A DNA stretch of 64,000 nucleotides from Sphyrna mokarran (taxonomy: Eukaryota): the NCBI GenBank assembly GCA_024679065.1, contig JAGIQG010000016.1, forward strand, positions 45,446,001 to 45,510,000. The letters are read 5' to 3'. Under the pieces are notes generated by a model. That model worked only from the letters and a program-made list of their open reading frames with translations. It made no database searches and was not told where the DNA came from. Positions 50,428-62,390 of this stretch are shown one piece after another (position 1 is the stretch's first letter; each line of letters opens with the position of its first letter). Both the position numbers and the translations under genes were made by a program.

Positions 50428-50598
50428 GTTCCAAAGGTGTGCAGCTTAGGTGGATTGGTGATGCTAAGTTGACCCTTGGTGCGAGGGAGGGTAGCAGGGT
50501 AAATACATTTTGTTACAAGGATAGAGTCTGGGTGGGACTGTTGTCGGTGCAGACTAAATGGGCCGAATGGCCTCCTTCTGCACTGCTGAGATTCTATG
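50428..50598 (+). mobile_element. 5'-truncated HE1-like V-SINE
   Basis: ccaaaggtgtgcag...atgggccgaatggcctccttctgcactg...gattctatga. Confidence 0.85.
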
Positions 50599-52364
50599 AA
50601 CGTACAATAATTTGAGTCAAACTGACACAAAAGTGGGGATTTTCCCATCCACCCAGTCAGAAATTCTGTTTAAACTCAGAAATAACTCATAAAATAACAT
50701 GGCTAAAATAAGGTAAAATCTGGATTACAGTCATATGAACTGAGTTAAACAGATTAAAAACTTAAATTACTTCTTTAAATTGATGGTGTCAAATAAAATG
50801 AATTGCATGACGTACAGTGCCAATTCAATGGCTTTTTTCTGAAGGAAATAAGACTTGCATACTGAAATTATGAGGTATTCTAAATGTAGGGCAATACTCA
50901 AGTACCTTTTCACTCGCAGAATGGTAAGTTTCCATTTTCAAAGGAGCAACAAGGCAGCTCATATTCTGATTGATGTTAACAATGTGCTCAACAACAAATA
51001 ACACGCACGGCGAGTATTAATAAAACTGGGCTTGGCACTTGGCACAGATAACACCACACCCTCAACAGAAAATCAATGGGAAACAAGTGGGTTTAGGCAT
51101 TGATAAGAAAATAAATACTTCACAGGCACCTCCAGAACAGCATCATCACCATGTACACTTGGCAATCAAAAACATTTCTTTGTTTGACATCAGAAACTAT
51201 AGAGACTCAAAGAAGTGATTTGGTTCGGTGAGAACTATTATGAAAACACGAGTGTTATTCATCCTCAGAACCTTTTGTGCTTCCTAAGTGCTGCTGCGAA
51301 ATTAAGTTCACAGGCTAAGACAAAAGTATAAATATGCAGTTCATTAAAAGAAAGGCTACTGATTTTCCTTCGCTGAATACTTCTTGAGCTAATATTGTAC
51401 CTTCGATTTTATTCCTGAGTTGCCAAGAGAGAAAATAGAAGGCGAGAATCCCCGCCTCCTATGGGCAAGTCTGCAAGACAAGCTACATGAAGGAGGCATG
51501 TAAAATCACCGGCACCAACACACCCCTCCCCAATGAACTCAATGCATTCTATGCCCATTTTGAGCAAGTGGTCAGAGAGCATACCCTCCCACCTGGGAGT
51601 CTCAGCCAAACCTGTATCTGAGGTCACCATTGCAAATGTCGGAACAGCTTTCTCGAAGTTCAACCCAAGGAAAGCGACTGGCCCAGAGTGGCACCAGGAT
51701 AAGAACTCAGATCCTGCACAGGCCTGCTGGTCAGAATATTCGCATTCATCTTCAATCTCTCTTTACAACAATCTGGGTTCTCTATCTACTTCAAGAAGAT
51801 CTTCATCCAGGTTCCAAAGAAAAGCCAAGTAGTGTGCCTTAATGACTTGTTTGGTGGCTTTGACATCCATCATTAAGTGTTTAAAAAGGTTAGTCATGAC
51901 ACAAATGAATTCTGACTCCCAAATTGCCTGGCTCCATTACAGTTCACCCACCGCACAACAGGTCCACAGCAAACGTCATCTCCCTGGCCCTGCACTCAAC
52001 CCTGGTTGTATTTTGCTTCATCCAAGACCACAAGAAATGACAAAGAGCCAAAACGAACTGCAGTCCATTCCTCAAACCAGCCTCCCATCCATCGATCCTG
52101 TGCACACTTTGTTGCCTCAGAAAAGCAGCCATGCACTCTGCACACACTCTTGCATCTTCTTCCATTGGGAAAAAGATATGAAAGTCTGAAGACATGTACC
52201 AACCCACTCAAGGACAACTTCTTCTCTGCTGTGATCAGACTTTTGAATGGACCTCCTTGCATTAAGTTGATCTTTCTCAACAGTCTAGCTCTGACTATAA
52301 CACTATATTCTGCATTCTCGCTTTTCCTTCTCTAGGTAAAGTATGTTTTGTCTGTATAACAAGA

Positions 52365-52532
52365 ACACGTTTATTTGGTATCACAAGCTTTCTGAGTGCT
52401 GCTCCTTCGTCAGGTGCGTCAAAGGAACAGCACTCTGAAAGCTCACAATACCAAACAAACTTTTAGGAGTTTAACCTGGTGTTGAGATTTCTTACTGTGC
52501 CCACCCCAGTCCAACGCCAGCATCTCCACATC
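52365..52532. mobile_element. Penelope-like inverted terminal fragment with hammerhead-ribozyme cores
   Basis: Inverted arms tttatttggtatcacaagctttctgagtgctgctcctt / aaggaacagcactctgaaagctcacaataccaaacaaa; ttgtctgtata duplicated at 52348-52358 and 52533-52543. Confidence 0.75.
52381..52416 (-). ncRNA. Minimal type I hammerhead ribozyme-like motif
   Basis: cac-CUGACGA-aggagcagcacuca-GAAA-GCUU-gug. Confidence 0.55.
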
Positions 52533-52889
52533 TTGTCTGTATAGCACACAAGAAACAATACTTTTCACTGCATCCTAACATATGTAACAATAATAAATCA
52601 AATCAAACAATAACAAGCCTTTGTACAGTTGTTGCTCATTTCCTGGAATATACCAGACAGTCACAGATAGCTTCCAAGTGAAATGAATGATAAATCTTCA
52701 TGTTCTGCAGAACCGCTTATTGAAACTGGATTGAGAAGGGACAGCTACTAACTTCCACACATTGAAGCAGCAAGATCAACAGGCCTGTACTGCTCAAGTG
52801 ATGGTAATTTGGTTATTTTTTCTGACAGCAGAGCAAATAGACCAGGAGCATGGCTTGGGGCGAACGCGGTCGGAAAATCCTGCCCAGAG

Positions 52890-53120
52890 ACAAAATTCAA
52901 TGGGGAGAAGTGTGACATGATGCATTTTGTATGCAGAACATAGCCGGTCAATATAAAATAAATGGTAACATTCTTAAGAGGATGCAAGATCAGAGGAACT
53001 TGGGTGATTGCGTGCATAGATCATTGAAGGTGGCAGTGCAAGTGGAGAGAGCAGTTAATAAAGCTTTATTAATTTATGGACTTCTTTAATGGGGCATAGA
53101 ATGCAACACAAGGAGGTGAT
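52890..53120 (+). mobile_element. CR1 internal fragment
   Basis: aaattcaatggggagaagtgtgacatgatgcattttg (FN.EKC..MHF), gcatagatcattgaaggtggca. Confidence 0.75.
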
Positions 53121-53124
53121 TAAC

Positions 53125-53378
53125 ATGCCTGGTTTGAATATGAACAAAGATGATCAGTTAACTGTTCCATGCTCATAATATATTCCAAATCCTCCATCAG
53201 TCAGAATCAATCTGCCAACCAATCAGTATTCTCTTTTCATGCAGTATGAATTGTTGATCCCCCATTACAGGTGGTAATTTCTAATGAGCTGTCCTGATGA
53301 GTCCAGGAGCAAAAGCTTTAAAAGCATGTCTCTTTGTTCAGCAAGACTCAAGTTCCGTACCATCATGTAACTATTTGT
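53125..53378 (+). mobile_element. Second Penelope-like terminal repeat relic with a degenerate hammerhead core
   Basis: CCAATCAG box, then gctgtc-CTGATGA-gtccaggag-cAAA-agcttt-aaaagc. Confidence 0.5.
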
Positions 53379-54701
53379 AAACCCAAGAAGAAAAATATGG
53401 TGAAATACAGGATAACAACAATATACTTCTCTCTGATGTGGAACTGCTGTCAATGTTGGCATAATAACTGCCTCTGCTGTGCCTAAAATTTGGAGTGAGC
53501 ACATGAATTTGGAATGAGAGGGGAACAGAAGAAAATACCCACAGTCAGGAATTGTAGTTTGGATAATAAAGTCAAAATATGGAATTTACTGTAGATGAAG
53601 TTTTGCCCTTTTTATTAGGAGCATTAGAAATCTAATCTTTGATTGATGGAAAAATAATGATACCAGTATATAATGGGTTAGCCAAGGGGCTTGTCAACTT
53701 CCCCTATTAAAGCATTAATTATTCTTTGTTACAACATACTTAGTACTGTAGAGCAAAGGTTTGTGTCAGTTTGACATAAATCCTTTTAATACACGTCTTC
53801 TAAAAATCTAAGAAAAAGGTTAGGCATTTATCTGATTCTCAGCAATATTTATCAACAATACACCCTTGATCTGTTTAATTTTGTTTAAAAGGTCACTAAC
53901 AAGTAATAGCAACTAACTAGCTTTCCTGAAATAGATCATAGTATTATAAAGTCAGAAAAAAAACAAGTCATTAAATAGACAATGGTACTCGAAAATCAGG
54001 AGGAAAATGTCATTGCAAGAAACAAGCACTCCTTGTAGCGTAGCTGTCTTGCACCTTACTGCAGTTCTTTCAGACTGCAGAAAATTAATTAGCTGCACAA
54101 AGCCAACAGAGATCATGACAAAAATACCAAATCGAAAGGCCTTCAGATTGCTCAGAAGGCCAACGTTTCTGTTTCAGCCGCACTGAATCTCACTGAGCCA
54201 AAAAAGCACCAATGATTTGATCTATGGACAAAAGGCTTCACATTTTCATGCCTGTGAGATGTGAAAGGATAGCATGTCATCGTTCATTGGCTCTGTAGGG
54301 AATGGAGGAAACTGTCAAGTTTTCTCGCCAAAATGACAAAAGTGTGATGTTTTACATGCAACATTTTTCAAACCACATTCAGCATTAGCCAAATTAAGAC
54401 CCACAAAATATTGTTGACCAATGAACACCCCAAGGGGAAAAGAATTGTTTTCTTTAAATACAAAACACGATGAATGCATCTCCTTGTTAACATCTCTGGA
54501 ACGAGAATATTTTCAGTTATTGATCGGAAATAATCTATTTATTCATTACAGCTATTCATGATTGTATGCAAGTTGCACTGCAGCCTTTTTCAACCAATGC
54601 ACAATGGCATTTATACTGAGCAATATCTGCAGTGAATCCCAGGCCTAAAAATTGAATGTAAAACTCCCTTGAAGAAATTTTTTTTTTAAAATTAAATCTT
54701 T

Positions 54702-54996
54702 TATAGAATCCTTACAGCGCAGAAAGAGGCCATTCGGCCCGTCAAGTCTGCACTGACCACAATCCCACCCAGGTCCTATTCCCATAATCCCACATATTTA
54801 CACTGCTAATCCCCTGATACTAAGGGTCAATTTAGCATGGTCAATCAACCTAACCAGCACATTTTTGGACTGTGAGAGAAAACACACATAAACACAAGGA
54901 GAATGTGCAAACTCCACACAGACGGTGACCCCAGACCAGAATTGAACCCAGGTCCCGAGCACTGTGAGGCAGCAGTGCTAATCACTGTGCCACCCC
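54702..54996 (-). mobile_element. HE1-like V-SINE
   Basis: Tail, body and head motifs. Confidence 0.9.
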
Positions 54997-55844
54997 ATTA
55001 TGCTCTGTTAATGTGCAATGCTTTAATTAATATTCCAGGCAACTTATCCTACAAGGTGAGGATCAGAACAGGTAAATAAGGATACTTTATATCAGGAAAA
55101 ACAGAGTTAATCCCAAAATCCTAATAAACGTAGGACAAAGATGAGGCACCATAACTTGATTCTTTGACCTGTGCATTTGAAAGCATGGCTCCTTGCTGAA
55201 CTGCAAAATTAGTCTTGCAGAAGATAAAGTTGTTTTATTCAACTTGCTCAGGCCAGAAGTCAGGCAAATATCACTGTACTGGTAATGTTTGGTATCTAAG
55301 GAGTTTTTAAGCAATTACCAGATAAGTGTTGAGATGCCAATTTTCTGAATGACTGCTGTCAGCTGTCTTATCCCAGTAACAGCACACATTATGAAATTCA
55401 AAGCATGCTTCTGTGATTCTTCCATCCAAATGTGAACAGAACAGGTATGGGGAATGCACCTGCCATTTCACAAAATGTATCCCCCAGCAGGCAAAGCTAC
55501 CCACTGTGCTGTTCATATTCAAAAAAATTAGCACTCAAGTTTAATTGCAGGATCACAAAATAGATTAAGCATATTTAATAGGTTCCTAGTTTCAATTGCT
55601 CCATTTCACAATCCTGTTGTAGACATTGATTACATTCAATGTCTGCAACAGGATTCGTAAGTTTGCCTCTTGCAAACCTTAGAAAAAAGCTTCATGATTT
55701 TTTTCATTTGGTATGAAGACCTAGGTTGAGTTTGTGAAAGGTTTCAGTGAAGCAAAGAGGATTGAGAACATTTAGCTCAATTATTTTTCTTGTTTGAGTA
55801 TTTAGATTTCTTGTACACTTTCTGTATACACATTTTGTTTGGAA

Positions 55845-56165
55845 TATAGAATCTCTCAGAGCAGAAAGAAGCCATTCGGCCCATCAAGCCTGCACTGACA
55901 ACAATCCTACCCAGGCCCTATTCCCATAATCCCATGTATTTAATCAGCAACGCCTCTGACACTAAATTTAGCATGGCCAATCAACCAAATCCACATGCAC
56001 ATCTTTGGATAGTGGGAGGAAACTGGAGCACCCAGGGAAAACCATGCAGATGTTGGGAGAACGTACAAACTCTACACAGACAGACAGTCACCCAAGATTG
56101 AAATTGAACCTTAATCCTTAGCATTGTGAGAGCGCAGATCTAACACTGGGCCATCATCCTGCCCC
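55845..56165 (-). mobile_element. HE1-like V-SINE
   Basis: Tail, body and head motifs. Confidence 0.88.
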
Positions 56166-56627
56166 TTGTATTAAATTAACTTTGTTCAATCAACAATTAC
56201 ATGCATATTGTCAATGAACATCATCTACACATTTCCCCCGTGTCTGAATTTTTAATTTGGTAATGGGGAGCAAATGGAGAATGACTGAATTTATCTCAAA
56301 TCTGTCCATGATGTTCTGCCACACTATGCCAGGAAGAACCCAATGTTGACATTATTCTTATTATTTCTTCAAGCATTGCTCAATTCTGTAAATTAGATTG
56401 GCTTGGTCTATAAGGCAGCTTAAATTTCCTGTTTGTTAATAGCCATTGATTTATCCAGTAAAAAGTGTTTTAATTGAAATGGACAAGGGTTAATTTTTTT
56501 AAAAAATATCCTGCGCTGAGACTGCTCCTTAAATATTGAATCTTGTGATGAGTTTTTTTGCCCTGCAGTCATGGGAAGACTTAGATTGCAATTAAGCAGA
56601 GTTGAGAAATTTATTTTTAGACCTGAA

Positions 56628-56829
56628 GGGAAGGCGTTGGCCTAGTGTATTATTGCTAGACTCTTAATCCAGAAACTCAGCTAATGTTCTGGGGGATTCA
56701 GGTTCGAATCCTACTACGACAAACTGAATTGAAAGACAGTCTTAGTAACTTTGATTTATTATGGGTGGGATTGTTGCTGGTGGGTCAATGGGCCAAATGG
56801 CCTTTTTCTGCACTGTAGGGATTCTATGA
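56628..56829 (+). mobile_element. MetaSINE-like head (56628-56720) followed by a V-SINE tail (56765-56829)
   Basis: gggaaggcgttggcctagtg...ggttcgaatcc; atgggccaaatggcctttttctgcactgtagggattctatga. Confidence 0.7.
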
Positions 56830-57332
56830 GATACCCCATGCAAAATTCTATTGCCTTTGTCTTCTGACAAAAAAAAATAAATTTCTCAAGTTGATGGAGA
56901 AATTCTTGATGGAATTTGATTGTGATGGATCAGAAAAGTTGTACGTTGCTACAAAGAAGGGATGGTGACAGGCCGAGGAATGTTTTTGGTGTCTTTAGGC
57001 CAGTTCTACAATTAAAAATAAGATCCGATGCTATAATCAATGTTAGGTTTGGAAATTGCCTTACAGTAATCATTAATGAACAGTGTAGAATCAGATGCTG
57101 CACTGAGTACTCACTAGGTGATGTTATACAAAATACAGATCATTCTACATTAATGTATTACCCTAACACACATATAGAACCAGCCAGTACACTGCACTAT
57201 ATTAATTTGTTTAACATTGAAATCAGTAGTTTTGTCAATATCGAACATGGCCATTCTTTCCTCTAGAAGTATAATGGTGGTTTTAAGCAAGAACATTTCT
57301 AAAGGTGATCTCCACAGGCAAAGGACTATCAT

Positions 57333-57630
57333 GCGGCACAGTGGTTAGCACTGCTGCCTCACAGTGCCAAGGAACTGGGTTCAATTCCTGGCTTGGGTCA
57401 CCATCTGTGTGAAGTTTGCACATTGTTCTTGGGTTTTCTCTGGGTGCTCCAGTTTCCTCCTACATTCCAAATATGTGTGGGGTTGGATGGATTGACCATG
57501 TTAAATTGCCTCTTCGTGTCAGGGGGACTAACTAGGGTAAATGCATTGGGTGGTAGACTTAGGCCCTGGGTGGGAATTTCATTGTAGGCACAATGGACCG
57601 AATGGTCTTTCTGCATGGTAGGAATCTATA
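57333..57630 (+). mobile_element. HE1-like V-SINE
   Basis: gcggcacagtggttagcactgctgcctcacagtgcc head. Confidence 0.9.
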
Positions 57631-57961
57631 GCTTTTTTTAAAAAATGTTGTGGATTGTCTCAGCAGCTGTGATGCAATTTTTCACAACTGACAAATCATT
57701 CTTGTTGTATGAAAAAGCTGAAGATTAAAGATGTCATCTTTATTGTCTCGATCTTGTACAGTGAGTGAGCAATGCATTCAATGTAAATCAAGATACCTAT
57801 ATGTAAATCAAATATGAACCCCAAGTAGTGATTCAAATAGGGAAGATTCTGCCTTGATACTTTTCTTGTTGACATTCTGTACACTATGGAAAGAAAGGGT
57901 GTACCTCTACTTCCAGAATGTATTTGACAAAAATTTCTCACAAATGACAAAGTTAAGTGCA

Positions 57962-58141
57962 GCATGATGGCACAGTAGTCAGCACTACTGCCTCACAGCT
58001 CCAGGGACCCAGGTTCAATTCCAGCCGTAGGTCACTATCTCTGTGGAGTTTGCACTTTCCCCCTGTGTCTACGTGGGTTTGTTCCACAGTCCAAAGATGT
58101 GTGGCCTCCTTCTGTACTGTAGGAATTCTATGATTCTATGA
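57962..58141 (+). mobile_element. Internally deleted HE1-like V-SINE
   Basis: aaagatgtg joined directly to the tggcctccttctgtactgtagg tail. Confidence 0.85.
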
Positions 58142-59944
58142 AGTGGTGGGAATGGATTAAGTGTTATGAAATCTAAGCGTGGATAAGGCATTGGCTGAGA
58201 AGTAGGAGATGTTTGTTGGAACAGCTATGCTGGATGGAAGTGCCGAGTTTAAAGTCTCTACAATGGATTTTGAGGCTCCGACTGTGAAAATTACATTCAC
58301 AACTTGGATTCAAAGGCTCAATGCAGCCAAACACGCAAACAATACCAGCTGAAAGAGATGCAGTTGAATTTGAGGAGACACCAGGGACTTACATGTTTTA
58401 TGTAACTTATTCAGTAAGTGGGCATGATAATAACTATGAAATTTAATATCAACAGTTATGTGGTATTGCATAGGAGGAGAAAATAGTAATGCAACTATTC
58501 CATAATAGGTGTCAAAATAGTTCAGGATGAAGCTTTAAACTATTTAGGGAATTCTGGCAGATGAAAAATTTGCCTGTCACTGCAAAGCGGTAATCAATAA
58601 GAGGAGGGCACCAGAGTCAATGGCATATCTCTCACAAACTGTGTTAACTTAATGTTATTATAATCATGCAGCTCTTCCCCGAGGCTCATTTCTGCCTGGT
58701 TGATACTCTGTAACCACACAGCTGAAGAGATATATCTTTTTATTCAAAGTTTCCACCTCGCTGTGGAGGTTTCTGGCCAATCTGTATAAAACAATCTGCT
58801 CTGTAAACTCTGCTCACATTTTGACAGTTGTGAAAAATTGCACCACAGCTGCAGAGACAATTCACAATATTTAAAAGAGTTATTCTATTCCTATCTCTCA
58901 ATGTTATTGCATCTTTTTAAAAAATTCTAAGATCTGGAATTAACTAAAAAATAAGTTCTTCCTTGGATTATTCCCCAGATGCATACTGAGTTTCATTGAA
59001 ATCTGTCAATTAGCCTCTGAGGTATATTAATTATAGTCAAAAAGAGTGATCAGAGTAAAAGCATTCCCTCTACCCACCTTCAGTCAGAGGTAGCAAATCA
59101 TAAAATGCAGAATGATATTGTTAAAAGTTAGAATATATTATATCAAAATTCCAAAGAACTCAGTTTAGCCCTTTCCTAGAATATTATATTTATGTCAGGT
59201 CACCAAGGCATAGGTTAGGATATTCATGCCCAGAGAACGAATCAAAGATAAGACTTATTCTGAACTTCAAAAGATAAGCACGTGGAAAAATTATGAATAC
59301 ATTTGAGGTTATTGTCTTCAAGGGAAATGACATTTTGGAGCTTTAGACAGGTAAATACAGAATACCATTTGAAACGAAACCATAACAGTGTGACAAGAGA
59401 CTCAGGTTTATTCTAGTAAAAAACGAATATCAAGAAATTATTCTTCACGTGAAGGGCAATCAGCACGTGAACTGGATTTCCAAGTAGGGTAATGGAAGTG
59501 AACACCCGAGATATAGTCCGCCTCCTTCTGCTCTGCACTGACTCTATATTAGCTTAGATAGGACATATGACCTTCTTTGTCTGTATTTATCTTGAGATTT
59601 TAAAGTAAATGCCTCTGGTTTACAAAGACAAAATAAATTAAATTCCATTTATCAAGCAGTTATGGGATTAAATCTCACTACACGACTTGAGAGAAGAGTT
59701 CTCTCTAAATTGCGTGAGTGCATGGCTGTTCCACAATTGGTAATGTGCCACCCAGGGGACAAAAAGGCTATGCACCAAGCAACAGTTTCCAAGATGTACA
59801 CATTTGCATCAGTCTTAAAATGACTGCATAGTGCAAACACACAGCAAGAGAATGTTTCACAATAGTGAATAGTGCAAGCTGTTTTTTTTAAAAGTGTGAA
59901 ATTTAAAAATGTTGACATTCAGACTGACTTAGGTATGCTCTAAT

Positions 59945-60865
59945 AAGGAATACAAAGTTAGCAAAGGTGCAGCAAGCAACTGGGAAGGCTAATAGCAAGG
60001 GGATTGGAATATAAGAATATGGAAATCTTTCTTCAATTGAACAGGGTTTTCGAGAGACCATACATGGGAGCGATGTGTGCAGTATTGTTCTTCATATCAT
60101 AGAAACTATACAGTGCAGAAAGAGGCCTTTCAGCCCATCGCGTCTGACCACAATACCACCCAAGCCCTACCCCTATATCCCCTACACATTTACCAGTTAA
60201 TCCTTCTAATCTAGGCATCTCAGGACACTAAGGGGCAATTTTAGCACGGCCAATCAACCTAACCCGCACATTTTTGGACTGTGGAAGGAAAGCAGAGCAT
60301 CCAGAGGAATCCCACGCAGACACGAGGAGAATGTGCAAACTCCACACAGACAGTGACCCAAGTCAGGAATCAAACCCAGGTCCCTGCAGCTGTAAAGCAG
60401 CAGTTCTAACCACTGTGCTACCGTGCCTCCTACAATCTAGGGAATGATCTGCTTACCTTAAAGGTGGTGCGGTGAAGATTTATTAAATTGATTCCTGGGA
60501 TGAGAAAAGTGCAAAGGTGAATATATTTTCCAGAGCTTAGAAGAATAAGAAGTAATCTTACCAAAATATACAAATATTCCGAAGTATCTTAACAGAATAG
60601 ACACTGAAGTTGCTTTCCCGGTATTGTTTCACAATAAAGATCAATCATTGAACTCAGAGGGTTGCAAGATGTTGAAATTCTTTATCTCAGAGGGTTGTGA
60701 ATATCTTAGCACAGACTATATTCAAGGCTGAGATAGGTAACTTTGGCATCCCTCTGAGAATCAAGGAATATACAAGGAGTGGGTGGGAAATTGGAACTGA
60801 GCCAATTGATCTGATAGAGCAGGTTCAAGGATACATGGTCTACTCCTCCAAGTACTTAATTTATT
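59945..60865 (+). mobile_element. Old CR1 3' fragment split by a V-SINE
   Basis: gcaaggggattggaatataag, gtgcagtattgttc, ttcctgggatgag, tttatctcagagggttgtgaat. Confidence 0.8.
60096..60429 (-). mobile_element. Full-length HE1-like V-SINE
   Basis: Close to the window consensus from tail to head. Confidence 0.92.
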
Positions 60866-60894
60866 TCATGGTACTTCAATATTACACTACAAGA

Positions 60895-61115
60895 CAGTTT
60901 TCTCATCCCAGGAACCAATCTAGTAAATCTTTATTGCACCATCTCCAAGATAAGTAGATCATTCTTTAGATGTGAAGAACAATACTGCACAGACATTCCC
61001 AAGCATGGTCTCACAAAAACCCTATTCAATTGAAGAAAGATTTCCATATTCTTATATTCCAATCCCCTTGCTAAGTTGCTTGCTGTACCTGTATGCTAAC
61101 TTTATATTCCTTGTT
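60895..61115 (-). repeat. Inverted duplicate of 59940-60095 plus 60436-60510
   Basis: Identical block tagcaaggggattggaatataagaatatggaaatctttcttcaattgaa; continuous across the site where the left arm carries the SINE. Confidence 0.88.
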
Positions 61116-62290
61116 AAACACTACCATATTGTTCCAATTGTTGTCCTTGCAATTAGATACTCATATGAACATTGAAGATCACAAGGCAATATTTTAAATA
61201 AATCAGAGTATTCTCCCAACTCTTTGAGCAATATTTTTCCGTAAAAAAAAATCACCAAAATAGAAACCTGGCAGATATGAATCTCATTACTATTGTGCAG
61301 AATATGACTGCTGCACTGAAAATAATTTGTTAGAGAAGATGCTTTGAGATTTTTTTCTTTAAGATGTATTCAAACACTATGTAAATAACTGTTTTTCTTT
61401 TTATTACAGTGTCCTGACCCATTTTGAGGATTTTGATCCAGTTGTATCTAAGAACATTGGTTTATGAGGTTGATTAAGTAAAAGTCTATTTCATTTGTGC
61501 AATTTTCTTCTAAGGATTGCACCTTGTAATTTCATCTTTGCACAAAACCTTCAAACCACTGTTCTTGTTTAGCAGCTGTGCAAAGGCCATAATGGTTGTA
61601 TCACCTTCCTTGAAGGCCTTTAACCTAATTTCAGAAATGTCATTCACCCCCACCCCAATATAAATTTGACATTCTATTTTCCACATAAATTTCTCCCATG
61701 TCTATGAGGTGTTCACACTGGTGATATTTCACTTGCATCTTTATTTTTCCACTGATGGTTCTGTTATTGCCAGGGTTATTCCCAAGGGAAACATACTAAT
61801 TCCCCAATGAAGCAGACTTGCATGCAATCCTGGTACCGATGGCAGCCGGTTATCATGAACTCAGGGGAAAGGTTAATCCTGTCAGCGAGGAAACAAGTGA
61901 GACCACGAACAATCATGGGGTGATTTGCTTTATGTTTTACATCAATGGGCAGAGGACGAGTTAAAAGATGGCCTTATTGCCACCATGATTGGAACATTCT
62001 GTGTGAATGCTACACTACTTAGGGATTTAAACAGAGAAACATCAAATTGCTCACAACAGAAGTATTGACTATTCTGTCATCAATGACAGGCAAAGATAAT
62101 AATGGCATAAGGTGGCAATTATGTTTGTGACAGGTTTGCATATCTACATTTCAAGTACCTGCAGCAGGAAATATAATTGCTGAATGTTGGTGTAAAGCTA
62201 CTAAGAGTGGTCTTAAATTAGATACAAGGGGTTATTTTGGTGAAAGGGCGAAAACAGGCACTAAATGAAAGTCTGCTTGTAGCACGTAAT

Positions 62291-62390
62291 TTTTGTTCTA
62301 ATTGCTGATTAGCATAATTTGAACTTGCCTGGAGAAGCTTAAACAGAAACACCTGCAGGCTTAGCACTCAAACATTGATTAGATGCAAAT
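62291..62390. promoter_or_regulatory. Candidate Sox/POU enhancer motif cluster
   Basis: TTTGTT, ATTAGCAT (ATGCTAAT on the minus strand) and CATTGAT-TAG-ATGCAAAT in repeat-free sequence. Confidence 0.3.

Larger units (their letters stand above)
51465..52608 (+). mobile_element. Second Rex1/Babar LINE with a large internal deletion
   Basis: AFSKFNPRKATGP, VALTSIIKCLKRLVM; jumps at about 52005 to the 3' region; tail aataataaatcaaatcaaac. Confidence 0.85.

Noticed and set aside
54059-54074. Possible ~15-nt microexon (ttttctgcag|TCTGAAAGAACTGCA|gtaagg)
   Set aside because: It is too short to distinguish from chance without transcript data; the same applies to the ~32-nt candidate at about 21531-21562.
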